This document shows, piece after piece, positions 17,441-25,922 of a stretch of 64,000 nucleotides of DNA; the first letter of the stretch is position 1, and every line of letters starts with the position of its first letter. The position numbers and the translations under genes were made by a program. Source of the stretch: a virus. The stretch lies in the IMG/VR virus record IMGVR_UViG_3300043410_001242. One strand, written 5' to 3'. A model generated the notes under the pieces. That model was given only the letters and a program-made list of their open reading frames with translations. It ran no database searches and had not been told where the DNA came from.

Positions 17441-18589
17441 ATGACTAAAAATCAAAGTGAATTTCTTGATGCTGTTAAACAGGTTCTTGGTGATAAAATG
17501 GTTCTGACCCGATCTGAAATTGATCAGGTCGTGTCAGAGAAAGGTGTTAAGTTTCCATATTGGTTAACCACCAAGTCGAAGTTTCGTATTGGTCGAGGTG
17601 AGTATTCTCTACCTGGTAATGAAACAACCAAGGTAGCAGTAAAAATGGAAATGCCTGAACCTGTCGAGGCAATGGCTCAGGTGTCGTATCTACGTCAACC
17701 TAAACTGGTCGATGAGTCTGATACTGCCATTCCAGAAATTTGGCCTGATTATGTACCATTTGGTTTTTATAAAGATTTACTTAATATTGTAAAATCTAAG
17801 ATGTTTTATCCAGTATTTGTTACTGGTCTGTCAGGTAATGGTAAAACTCTGATGATCGAACAAGTGTGCGCTAAACTGAAAAGGGAGTGTATCCGTGTTA
17901 ATGTATCTATCGAAACTGATGAATCTGACCTATTGGGTGGTCCTACTCTCGTTAATGGTAATGTTGTTAATCGAGATGGGCCGGTTCTTATAGCAATGAA
18001 ACGTGGTGCGGTACTTTTGATTGATGAGGTGGATCGTGGATCGAATAAGCTTATGTGCTTGCAAGGTATTCTTGAAGGAAAGCCATATTATAACAAGAAA
18101 ACCGGCGAGGTCGTATACCCAACCGACGGTTTCAATGTCATTGCGACCGCAAACACCAAAGGTCGTGGTTCAGAAGAAGGTCGGTATCTTTCACAAGTTC
18201 TTGATGATGCCTTCCTGGAACGGTTTCCTATCACGGTAGAACAGGAATACCCGGATGTCAAGACTGAGAGAAAAATTCTCGCACCGTTGATCTCCGACCA
18301 GGAATTCATCGACAATCTGGTCAAGTGGGCGGATGTGGTGCGCCAATCATTCGACCAAGGTGCCATTGATGAGATTATTTCTACTCGCCGACTGGTGCAT
18401 ATCGCGAAAGCATTCCAAATCTTCGGTGATCGTAAAAAGGCAATTGAACTTTGTGTAAATCGTTTTGATACTGACACTAAGAATGCTTTTGTTGATCTAT
18501 ATACTAAAGTCGATGAAAAGGTTGAAGAAGACCAGACCAAGGTTTGGGTGAATGAAACATTAACTATAAATGAAGAAGTGCCGTTTTAA
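17441..18589 (+). CDS. MoxR/CbbQ-NirQ (CobS-like) AAA+ ATPase of T4-like phages
   Basis: GLSGNGKT; LLIDEVD; ATANTKGRGS; LDDAFLERF; ISTRRLV. Confidence 0.9.
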   Translation: MTKNQSEFLDAVKQVLGDKMVLTRSEIDQVVSEKGVKFPYWLTTKSKFRIGRGEYSLPGNETTKVAVKMEMPEPVEAMAQVSYLRQPKLVDESDTAIPEIWPDYVPFGFYKDLLNIVKSKMFYPVFVTGLSGNGKTLMIEQVCAKLKRECIRVNVSIETDESDLLGGPTLVNGNVVNRDGPVLIAMKRGAVLLIDEVDRGSNKLMCLQGILEGKPYYNKKTGEVVYPTDGFNVIATANTKGRGSEEGRYLSQVLDDAFLERFPITVEQEYPDVKTERKILAPLISDQEFIDNLVKWADVVRQSFDQGAIDEIISTRRLVHIAKAFQIFGDRKKAIELCVNRFDTDTKNAFVDLYTKVDEKVEEDQTKVWVNETLTINEEVPF

Positions 18590-18600
18590 AGGAGAATTGG

Positions 18601-19353
18601 ATGTTTTTCTTTTTTAAGAAAAAGCCAGTATATCTGGATTGTTTTACTACACACACAGGAGCCTTTCACGCTCCTGTGGATTATTCATATAGGTTTTATC
18701 CTGATTGGTGGAAACTACTGGAAAAAACTGTTACAGATGAGGAATATGGAGATTTAGGTGTAGAAAATCCCACAATGAAGAATTGTGTGGGTTTTATAGA
18801 TTTTTTCAAAAATTCTATAACTGTACCGATGTGGAGTGACTTCTCATTACGTTTAGGAACAAAATACAGGCCTGGATATAACTGGAAATTTGCAGATGAC
18901 TTTTCACGAATAGAAGTGCATAAACCTATGCAATGGGGTTCATTTTTTCCAGAAAACAAATATCTTCATGGAAAATTTGTTAGTCCATGGAAATTCAAAT
19001 GTAAAGAAAACATATACTTTCAAAAATGTGGACCTTTTTATAACATTCTCAATCCACACCTTATTATGTTTCCCCCAGGTTTACTTGAGTTCAAGTATCA
19101 AGCCGCAGTTAATGTTAATTTTCTTTTAGTGCCACAAAACGAAGAATGTAATATGTTTATGAAGTATTATGATCCTTTGGTGCATTTTACTCCTCTTACA
19201 GAAAGGCCAGTTAAACTGAAAATACATCTTGTTTCACATGAAGAATACGAGAAGATTGGACTAACATTTGTTTCGTTTAATAGAAATTATTATAAAATGA
19301 AAAGGGCATCAAAGAATAGTAGTGTTTGCCCGTTTACACACCCTAATAGGTAA
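18601..19353 (+). CDS. Conserved hypothetical phage protein
   Basis: PDWWK...TMKNC.GF.D..KNS...PMW motif. Confidence 0.7.
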   Translation: MFFFFKKKPVYLDCFTTHTGAFHAPVDYSYRFYPDWWKLLEKTVTDEEYGDLGVENPTMKNCVGFIDFFKNSITVPMWSDFSLRLGTKYRPGYNWKFADDFSRIEVHKPMQWGSFFPENKYLHGKFVSPWKFKCKENIYFQKCGPFYNILNPHLIMFPPGLLEFKYQAAVNVNFLLVPQNEECNMFMKYYDPLVHFTPLTERPVKLKIHLVSHEEYEKIGLTFVSFNRNYYKMKRASKNSSVCPFTHPNR

Positions 19354-19357
19354 TATT

Positions 19358-19600
19358 ATGACAGAAGATGAAAAGTTGAATTTTAAGGAATTACTCAAGA
19401 GTAATGTTGTAGAAGTTGAATTCACCAAGTTAAATGGTGAACAAAGAGTAATGAATTGCACTTTGATGGAATCATATCTACCACAGACGGATTCAACAAA
19501 AAGCAAGAACCAAGACAATTCTTTGGCCGTTTGGGACATTGATAAGAATGGTTGGAGGAGTTTTAGATATGAAAACATTACGTCCTTTGGTCTAAAATAA
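19358..19600 (+). CDS. SH3 beta-barrel (WYL_2-like) protein
   Basis: VEFTKLNGEQRVMNCTL...VWDIDKNGWRSFR. Confidence 0.8.
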   Translation: MTEDEKLNFKELLKSNVVEVEFTKLNGEQRVMNCTLMESYLPQTDSTKSKNQDNSLAVWDIDKNGWRSFRYENITSFGLK

Positions 19601-19603
19601 ATC

Positions 19604-19644
19604 TTGACAAAATTACTCAAGAATAGTATAATCCAGTATAAATA
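19604..19644 (+). promoter_or_regulatory. Tandem sigma70 and T4-type late promoters for pmoC
   Basis: TTGACA (19604)-17-TATAAT (19627); TATAAATA 19637-19644. Confidence 0.8.
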
Positions 19645-19731
19645 GTTTTGATGATGTGGAGAGTGTGACAGGATGTCGCACCTAACTCACAAGGACGTAT
19701 TTTGTAACTTTAAGATGTAAAGAGGTATAAT

Positions 19732-20508
19732 ATGTCAGCTATTAGTGCAAATGCTGTTAGAGAGGAAGCACCAGTCTTGAATAAGGCTTGGTTGTCTTTC
19801 GCGTTTGGTTTGTATTTCGTATTCTATCTATGGGTACGTTGGTATGAAGGTGTATATGGTTGGTCCGCAGGACTTGATTCATTCGCACCTGAGTTTGAAA
19901 CCTATTGGATGAATTTCTTATATACAGAAATTGTCCTAGAAGTCACAACCGCAAGTATTCTTTGGGGTTATCTTTGGAAGTCAAGAGATCGTGATCTTGC
20001 CAATATTACACCAAGAGAAGAACTTCGCCGTAATATGACACACCTTGTATGGTTATTTGCTTATGCAAATGCAATCTACTGGGGTGCATCATACTTTACT
20101 GAACAAGATGGTACTTGGCATCAGACTATCGTAAGAGATACTGATTTTACTCCAAGTCATATCATTGAGTTCTATCTTACATACCCAATCTACATTATTA
20201 CTGGGTTTGCTGCATTCCTTTATGCAAAGACAAGACTTCCTTACTTCGCACAAGGACTTAGCCTTCCATACTTGGTAACTGTTGTAGGACCATTTATGAT
20301 CCTTCCAAATGTTGGTCTTAATGAATGGGGACACACCTTCTGGTTTATGGAGGAACTTTTTGTCGCCCCTTTACATTATGGTTTCGTGTTCTTTGGTTGG
20401 CTTGCTTTGGCTATTGCGGGTGTATTGCTACAGGTCTTCTCATCTTTTGCTGGTTTAATCGGCGATCAGATTGTTGAGTCTGTTGATAAGGGTTTGATTG
20501 CAAAGTAA
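19732..20508 (+). CDS. pmoC: Particulate methane monooxygenase subunit C
   Basis: WSAGLDSFAPEFETYWMN; EQDGTWHQTIVRDTDFTPSHIIEFY; NVGLNEWGHTFWFMEELFVAPLHYGF; metal ligands intact. Confidence 0.97.
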   Translation: MSAISANAVREEAPVLNKAWLSFAFGLYFVFYLWVRWYEGVYGWSAGLDSFAPEFETYWMNFLYTEIVLEVTTASILWGYLWKSRDRDLANITPREELRRNMTHLVWLFAYANAIYWGASYFTEQDGTWHQTIVRDTDFTPSHIIEFYLTYPIYIITGFAAFLYAKTRLPYFAQGLSLPYLVTVVGPFMILPNVGLNEWGHTFWFMEELFVAPLHYGFVFFGWLALAIAGVLLQVFSSFAGLIGDQIVESVDKGLIAK

Positions 20509-20528
20509 TCTAACTCACATAACCAAAC

Positions 20529-20556
20529 AAAGGGGAACTTCGGTTCCCCTTTTTTA
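20529..20556 (+). terminator. Intrinsic terminator after pmoC
   Basis: AGGGGAAC-TTCG-GTTCCCCT then T-tract. Confidence 0.9.
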
Positions 20557-20562
20557 TTGCAA

Positions 20563-20618
20563 TTTTAATGGAATCTTAATATAACTGTAATACTCCGGTA
20601 ACATTCCTGTGATAAAAT
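20563..20618 (+). promoter_or_regulatory. OmpR/PhoB-type 11-bp-phased direct repeats with extended -10
   Basis: TTTTAAT/TCTTAAT/CTGTAAT/CGGTAAC/CTGTGAT at 20563, 20574, 20585, 20596, 20607; TGaTAAAAT. Confidence 0.5.
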
Positions 20619-20649
20619 ACCTTCGTATTTTTAAACAACGGAGACATAA

Positions 20650-21366
20650 ATGAAGAAATGGTTACTTTTAGTTCTTATTCTTATATCACATTCTGTATTC
20701 GCGAATGGAGAAGGTTCTGAACAATTATTTGGACAATGGACACAGTTTGCAGCTTACGGTAATTTTGGTAACAAAAGTCCTTGGATTTGGTGGACTGATG
20801 TTGCAGTAAGAAGTTCTCAGAATCATAAAGCAAAAGACGGAACACAAGGTTATGACGTTGGTTCTATTCCAACTCATAGCGCAGTAGGATACCAATTTGA
20901 TCCATCCAATTCTTTGATGTTGGGTTATACATATCAGTATAGTCAACCACCATACGCAAAGAAATCAACCAATGAAAATCGTATCTATCAACAATTTCAA
21001 AACTCTTTAGATTGGAAAGAAAACGGTAAACTAACAAACAGAACTAGATATGAACAGAGATGGGTTACATATTCCAGTGAAATGGCTCAAAGGTTGAGAC
21101 ACCAAGTTAAGTTTCAATATCCTATCAATAAAGACTGGGGATTCGTAATTAGTGATGAATTGTTTCTAAATATTAATAGTGTAAACTGGGGACCAAAGGC
21201 TGGATTTGACCAGAATAGAGTGTTTATTGGACCCGTTTACAATATAGATGACAGACAGAGAGTAGAGTTTGGTTACATGAATAACTATGTAAACAAAGAC
21301 TTAAAATCAGATCTAGATAATGATGTGTTAGTTATTAACTATTATTACAATTTTACAGATTATTAG
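20650..21366 (+). CDS. DUF2490-like outer-membrane beta-barrel protein
   Basis: Signal peptide; NENRIYQQF, NRTRYEQRW, RLRHQ, SDELFLN, GFDQNRVFIG, VEFGYMN; aromatic C-terminus. Confidence 0.85.
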   Translation: MKKWLLLVLILISHSVFANGEGSEQLFGQWTQFAAYGNFGNKSPWIWWTDVAVRSSQNHKAKDGTQGYDVGSIPTHSAVGYQFDPSNSLMLGYTYQYSQPPYAKKSTNENRIYQQFQNSLDWKENGKLTNRTRYEQRWVTYSSEMAQRLRHQVKFQYPINKDWGFVISDELFLNINSVNWGPKAGFDQNRVFIGPVYNIDDRQRVEFGYMNNYVNKDLKSDLDNDVLVINYYYNFTDY

Positions 21367-21374
21367 GAGGAATT

Positions 21375-21446
21375 ATGTGGGAAAAACCTTCATTTAAAGA
21401 CATTCGTTTGGGATTTGAAGTAACTACCTATATCTACAATAGATAA
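21375..21446 (+). CDS. pqqA: Pyrroloquinoline quinone precursor peptide PqqA (23 aa)
   Basis: MWEKPSFKDIRLGFEVTTYIYNR: W.KP...D.R.GFEVT.Y..NR signature with Glu-X3-Tyr; AGGAGG RBS at 21365-21370; not in ORF track. Confidence 0.92.
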   Translation: MWEKPSFKDIRLGFEVTTYIYNR

Positions 21447-21447
21447 C

Positions 21448-21476
21448 TTGACAAAACATTCTTATTGTGATACAAT
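21448..21476 (+). promoter_or_regulatory. Sigma70 promoter
   Basis: TTGACA-17-TACAAT. Confidence 0.75.
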
Positions 21477-21501
21477 ATATACTAAATTATGGAGAGTGAA
21501 A

Positions 21502-21822
21502 ATGGCAAAGCATAAGTTTGTTGTAATTAAAGGCAGAAACCTTTTTGTAGGAATTCATGGGTTACAGTATGAGATTTTTGATACTGTAACCTTTGAATGC
21601 AAGGAAGAACAAGTCACAGACTTACAACGGAAGTACGTCTATCGTAAACTACATACAGTAGACAACAAAAGTAATCCACTTTCTTTTCGCAGAAAAGTGT
21701 ATTGTCGTAGGCGTCATATTCTAAAACATGACGGGTCTATCTTTGCAGATAGAATCAAATTATTTGACCATGAAGATGGAACATATTACGGGTTTATTCC
21801 TGTAGAGTGTTTTAAATTCTAA
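21502..21822 (+). CDS. Hypothetical protein
   Basis: GGAG RBS before ATG 21502. Confidence 0.6.
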   Translation: MAKHKFVVIKGRNLFVGIHGLQYEIFDTVTFECKEEQVTDLQRKYVYRKLHTVDNKSNPLSFRRKVYCRRRHILKHDGSIFADRIKLFDHEDGTYYGFIPVECFKF

Positions 21823-21856
21823 TCAAATCTTTCTGTTAACAACTAGAGGTAATTAA

Positions 21857-22249
21857 ATGAAGAAGCTTTTTGTATTTGTACTTTCTGCATTTCTTTTTGG
21901 ATGTGCGGGCACCACTAAGTGGGAACCTACTCTGAATAGTATGCCACACAAGAATCAGGCGGCCGAGTCGAAGGATCTTGCAGAGTGTAAGGATCTCGCG
22001 TTCCAGGCGGCAGGGTACGTCAAGGAAGGTGCAGAATGGGCATTTGTGAGTGCCGCAGGTGGTGCTGCTGAAGGCGCCGTGATCGGTGCCTTGGTGTCTG
22101 GTGCTGGTGGCGCAGGTATGGCCGCTGCAGCTGGTGCACCAATTGGTGCAATCGCCGGTCTCTGGTATGCTGAATATGAAGCAGATATTAATTATAAGAG
22201 AGCATACTCAAATTGCCTATTCCAGAGAGGTCATTATCCTATTAACTAA
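21857..22249 (+). CDS. Glycine-zipper lipoprotein
   Basis: Lipobox LFGC; DLAEC...G/A-rich zipper...YSNCLFQRGH. Confidence 0.8.
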   Translation: MKKLFVFVLSAFLFGCAGTTKWEPTLNSMPHKNQAAESKDLAECKDLAFQAAGYVKEGAEWAFVSAAGGAAEGAVIGALVSGAGGAGMAAAAGAPIGAIAGLWYAEYEADINYKRAYSNCLFQRGHYPIN

Positions 22250-22268
22250 TAGTTTCTTGGATGTTGAC

Positions 22269-22294
22269 AAAGGGACCTTCGGGTCCCTTTTTTT
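22269..22294 (+). terminator. Intrinsic terminator
   Basis: AAAGGGACC-TTCG-GGTCCC then T-tract. Confidence 0.9.
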
Positions 22295-22299
22295 ATGGA

Positions 22300-22328
22300 T
22301 TGACAACACCACCAAAGTGTGTTATAAT
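22300..22328 (+). promoter_or_regulatory. Sigma70 promoter
   Basis: TTGACA-17-TATAAT. Confidence 0.8.
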
Positions 22329-22358
22329 GTGTCATACATTATGAGTTAAGTGATTGTT

Positions 22359-22730
22359 ATGAATCTTGAATCGTTTTTTGAAACTTCCACTCCACAGGAC
22401 CTTGGTCAGTTCCTGACTCAATCGAAACAGGAATTAAAGGCCAAGGTCCAATCTAAAATTCGCCAGCGCAGATCACAAATGTTGGTGCATTCATATATCT
22501 ATTATGTTCTAGACGATAATATCGTTTCTGATGACAAATGGCAACAATGGGCTAATGAATTGCGTGATATACAAAAGGAATATCCGGAGTATTGCAAAAT
22601 CAATTTCTTTGATAGAGAATTCTCAACATGGAACGGTGATTCCGGTGCCTTTCTGCCGTTAAAAGATCCATACGTTATTCGCAAAGCGAATTACATTTAT
22701 AATCTGGTGAAAAATGAAGAAAACAAATAA
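22359..22730 (+). CDS. Stand-alone NAD+-ligase domain Ia-like protein
   Basis: HSYIYYVLDDNIVSDDKW...EL..IQKEYPE resembles LigA subdomain Ia. Confidence 0.6.
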   Translation: MNLESFFETSTPQDLGQFLTQSKQELKAKVQSKIRQRRSQMLVHSYIYYVLDDNIVSDDKWQQWANELRDIQKEYPEYCKINFFDREFSTWNGDSGAFLPLKDPYVIRKANYIYNLVKNEENK

Positions 22731-22974
22731 AAGAGACACTTTCGATTCACAAGAACTGGCATATTTCTTTGCCAACCTTGAAGATAAACCAGTATATGCA
22801 TATTGTGCGTATAACTATTATCGTCTTTTGAAGGTTGTTGATTTGGGTCATGCATATGTCCTGCTTTCACCTGAAGAAGAAGGTTGCTGGATGCCTTCAT
22901 CTAGTATTAGAGAAAATGAAAACAAACCAGAACATATAGTAAAGGAGGAAGACAATGGACCAGAAATCGCATAA
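22714..22974 (+). CDS. Hypothetical protein
   Basis: ORF track. Confidence 0.55.
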   Translation: MKKTNKRDTFDSQELAYFFANLEDKPVYAYCAYNYYRLLKVVDLGHAYVLLSPEEEGCWMPSSSIRENENKPEHIVKEEDNGPEIA

Positions 22975-23152
22975 TGTTTTAATATCATACGACCATAACT
23001 TATATGATATACCTTCAGACTTAGAAGAAAGATTTGAATTTCTGACTAAGAAAATTGATTATGCCAAATCTGATCCTGATTATTATGAACTATTGGCTGG
23101 AACTAAGATAATTTTTAATTGTGAGTTTGATAAGTATGAATGTAAATCTTGA
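22955..23152 (+). CDS. Hypothetical protein
   Basis: GGAGG RBS. Confidence 0.55.
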   Translation: MDQKSHNVLISYDHNLYDIPSDLEERFEFLTKKIDYAKSDPDYYELLAGTKIIFNCEFDKYECKS

Positions 23153-23588
23153 TCTGTCAGATTTTTGGCGGGGGTATATTGATATTTCAAAAGTAGAAAA
23201 GAAATATAATGTAAAATTTGTCTGTGAAACTCCAATCAAAGATAAATTTGGATGGAGAGTGACACCCTCACTTATCTTCTATGGAGAGAAACATCCACAA
23301 GGTTCAAATTACATGGCCCTTTCAGTAATACTTAATTCTGATGGTAAAGCTGATATGGTAGTCTCCGATGGTATCTCTGCAACAGGGTGTGATATCATTG
23401 GTATTATTGATGGAGACGAGGTAATTTATTCTAGATATCGGCATGATTATCGTGTAGGTAAAACTGGGGTATTTATTGATGGTGGCCGCGATTATGTAAG
23501 GTCTGGTACTCCTGATCCAGATCAATATGTAACAATGAAAATCATTGAAGGTAAATTAGAGGTAATTGAAAATGAAGAATCGATTTGA
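23136..23588 (+). CDS. Conserved T4-like hypothetical protein
   Basis: YSRYRHDY...IDGGRDYVR. Confidence 0.75.
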   Translation: MNVNLDLSDFWRGYIDISKVEKKYNVKFVCETPIKDKFGWRVTPSLIFYGEKHPQGSNYMALSVILNSDGKADMVVSDGISATGCDIIGIIDGDEVIYSRYRHDYRVGKTGVFIDGGRDYVRSGTPDPDQYVTMKIIEGKLEVIENEESI

Positions 23589-23781
23589 TTTTGAACAAGA
23601 AATTATGGGTTGTTGGAATGTCGTGGAAGATCTAAAACTATTGAATGAAGGTGTTTTAGAAAGGGATATTTCGCGGGATCAGGTTTCTAATATCCTGTTG
23701 GGTATGCAAGAGGTATATCAATTGAAATTTGAAATTCTATTTGATACATTTGAAACTCTAATTAGAGATAAGGAAATCTAA
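23572..23781 (+). CDS. Conserved phage hypothetical protein
   Basis: RFDFEQEIMGCWNVVEDL...LKFE.LF.TFE. Confidence 0.7.
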   Translation: MKNRFDFEQEIMGCWNVVEDLKLLNEGVLERDISRDQVSNILLGMQEVYQLKFEILFDTFETLIRDKEI

Positions 23782-24596
23782 TGAAAATCTTAGTAACGGG
23801 TTCGGAAGGATATATTGGTAAACATCTAATTAAAATGTTGGGTGATGAACATGAAGTAACCAGACTTGATATAAAAGCTGATGACTTTATGATGGCAACA
23901 GATATTACTAAACTTCCATCTGAAATACCCAATGTTCTTGCTGAGTTGGATGTTGTTATTCATCTTGCGGCTAGAGTAAAAGTTAACGAATCAGTTACTA
24001 ACCCTTGGTTATATTATAACACAAATGTTAATGGAACCAAGAACATTCTAAATCATGTAAAATGTCGCCATTTTATCTTTGCATCCACAGGAGTGGCATC
24101 AAAACCTGCAAACCCTTATGCATTATCTAAGAGAATTGCAGAAGATATTGTAAAGGAACATTGTCAGGAAAATGGATTTGACTTTACCATCTTTAGATTC
24201 TATAATGTTATTGGTTCTGATGGATTTGAACCTACCAACCCTGATGGGTTATTCTTCAACCTGAATAAGGCAGTAGAAACAGGTACATTCAACCTTTGTG
24301 GAACTGATTATAACACTATTGATGGAACTTGTCTTAGAGATTATATCCATGTGAATGAGGTCTGTAATGCTATCATTAAGTCATTGGAAACTCCATCAGG
24401 TCAGGTAGAAAATTTAGGTACTGGTGAAGGTAAAACTGTATTGGAAATTATCAATCAATATAAAGATACCAATCAGGTAGATTTTGAGGTAATCGATGTA
24501 GGTAGAAGAGAAGGTGATCTTGAGGTAAGTGTGTTGGATAACCCTTCCAAATACTTCGATAAATTGTATACATTTGAAGAATTGTTGAGGAAGTAA
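23781..24596 (+). CDS. NAD-dependent epimerase/dehydratase (GalE-like)
   Basis: TGSEGYIG; HLAA; YALSK; FRFYNV; DGTCLRDYIHV. Confidence 0.9.
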   Translation: MKILVTGSEGYIGKHLIKMLGDEHEVTRLDIKADDFMMATDITKLPSEIPNVLAELDVVIHLAARVKVNESVTNPWLYYNTNVNGTKNILNHVKCRHFIFASTGVASKPANPYALSKRIAEDIVKEHCQENGFDFTIFRFYNVIGSDGFEPTNPDGLFFNLNKAVETGTFNLCGTDYNTIDGTCLRDYIHVNEVCNAIIKSLETPSGQVENLGTGEGKTVLEIINQYKDTNQVDFEVIDVGRREGDLEVSVLDNPSKYFDKLYTFEELLRK

Positions 24597-24597
24597 A

Positions 24598-25239
24598 ATG
24601 AAAGTCTATTTGTCCAATTATCGTAACCATTGGTTATCACCTTATCACATTCTGGAAAAGGTATTGTTCTGGAAAGATTGGGAAAATATTGATTACGATG
24701 AACCTTGGGTTGATAAATGGTCAGATAGACTTGAACCATCATGTATTAAATTACAGAAGGTATTGGATTTTATTCATCCTCGCATCACTTATGTGAAGAT
24801 TGATAAGTATGATACATGGGACATGGATAAAACTCTGTCTCCTATTATTCTTCCTATGTTGAAACAATTGAAGGCAACCAAACATGGTGCGCCTATGGTA
24901 TCTGATGATGATGTACCAGAAGAATTAAAAAGCACTTCTGCACTACCTAAAGAAAATGAATGGGATACTGATAGCAATCATTTCAGACGATGGGATTATG
25001 TCATAGGTGAAATGATTTGGGCTTTTGAACAATTAGTTGATGAGAATTGGGAAGACCAATATTACACAGGAGAAAGTGATTATATTTTCGTCAAATCGGA
25101 TGAATATGGTTTGATGGTTATGGAGAAAGGTCCAAAACACACTCAAGAATGGGATCGTGAAGGTTGGACAAATCACCATAAACGCATAGATAATGGATTG
25201 AGGTTGTTTGGTACTTACTATAGAGGACTATGGTCGTAA
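24598..25239 (+). CDS. Conserved phage hypothetical protein; 3' end interrupted by endonuclease element
   Basis: DTWDMDKTL..IILPMLKQLK..KHGAP; ends YYRGLWS* with alternative end YYRGLWD* at 25962-25989. Confidence 0.8.
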   Translation: MKVYLSNYRNHWLSPYHILEKVLFWKDWENIDYDEPWVDKWSDRLEPSCIKLQKVLDFIHPRITYVKIDKYDTWDMDKTLSPIILPMLKQLKATKHGAPMVSDDDVPEELKSTSALPKENEWDTDSNHFRRWDYVIGEMIWAFEQLVDENWEDQYYTGESDYIFVKSDEYGLMVMEKGPKHTQEWDREGWTNHHKRIDNGLRLFGTYYRGLWS

Positions 25240-25860
25240 TTTACATTTATCAAAGTGCCATCTTTTCATATTTGTTAATTGACCAACTTTACCACAATGA
25301 GGACAATCAACTTTAGTTGTATTATTTTGATGACATTTCAGATTTTTCTTATGATTTTCACTCATTGGTTTTGATACACCTCTAGTTGTTAATGATATTT
25401 TTCTTTTGGTTTCCTCTGAAAGTTTTGGTATTGGTGTTATGCCTGATTTAAAATTTATTACCCTAGATTCGGTTCTTTTTCTTATATGTTCTTTAGTTTG
25501 GGGTTTTGGTTTTCCTTTAGTTTTTATTGATTGTTTAAGTCTTTCTTCTGATGTTCTTACTCTACCAAAACAACCATCACCACCAAAAGTTGAATTATAA
25601 CCATTATGGAATGAATCATATTCATTAATGAAATAATTTTCCATTTCTTTTAATGTGTGATCCTTATCTGTTGATTGATATATGATTTCCCAAATAAAAT
25701 TATCCCAACCATATTTCCTTATGGCACGATAAAATTTACAATCTTGATTTTTGGATGCGGATTTATGAATTCTTTGACGATTGGGATAATTGGAATCAAA
25801 TCCAATATACACTTTATTGTTTATGGTATTTCTGGCACTATAGATGGTATAAATATTCAT
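25228..25860 (-). CDS. GIY-YIG homing endonuclease (Seg/I-TevI-like) with C-terminal Zn finger
   Basis: TIY...NNKVYIG; FYRAIRKYGW.NF; GYNST.GGDG; SEETKRKIS; CPHC...HFDKC. Confidence 0.9.
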   Translation of the reverse strand: MNIYTIYSARNTINNKVYIGFDSNYPNRQRIHKSASKNQDCKFYRAIRKYGWDNFIWEIIYQSTDKDHTLKEMENYFINEYDSFHNGYNSTFGGDGCFGRVRTSEERLKQSIKTKGKPKPQTKEHIRKRTESRVINFKSGITPIPKLSEETKRKISLTTRGVSKPMSENHKKNLKCHQNNTTKVDCPHCGKVGQLTNMKRWHFDKCKLRP

Positions 25861-25921
25861 GCTGATACTCCGTTATAGTATTAGAGTCTGTGGGAACGCC
25901 AATTCCGTGACAGACTTTTTT
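25848..25921 (+). ncRNA. Candidate antisense sRNA unit of endonuclease element 2
   Basis: TATAAATA 25848-25855; hairpins 25862-25884 and 25886-25915; T6 tract. Confidence 0.5.
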
Positions 25922-25922
25922 A

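Noticed and set aside
19732-21446. Host DNA contamination, or a full pmoCAB/pqq operon
   Set aside because: No pmoA/B or pqqB-E; AT-rich codon usage and a T4 late promoter match the phage context.
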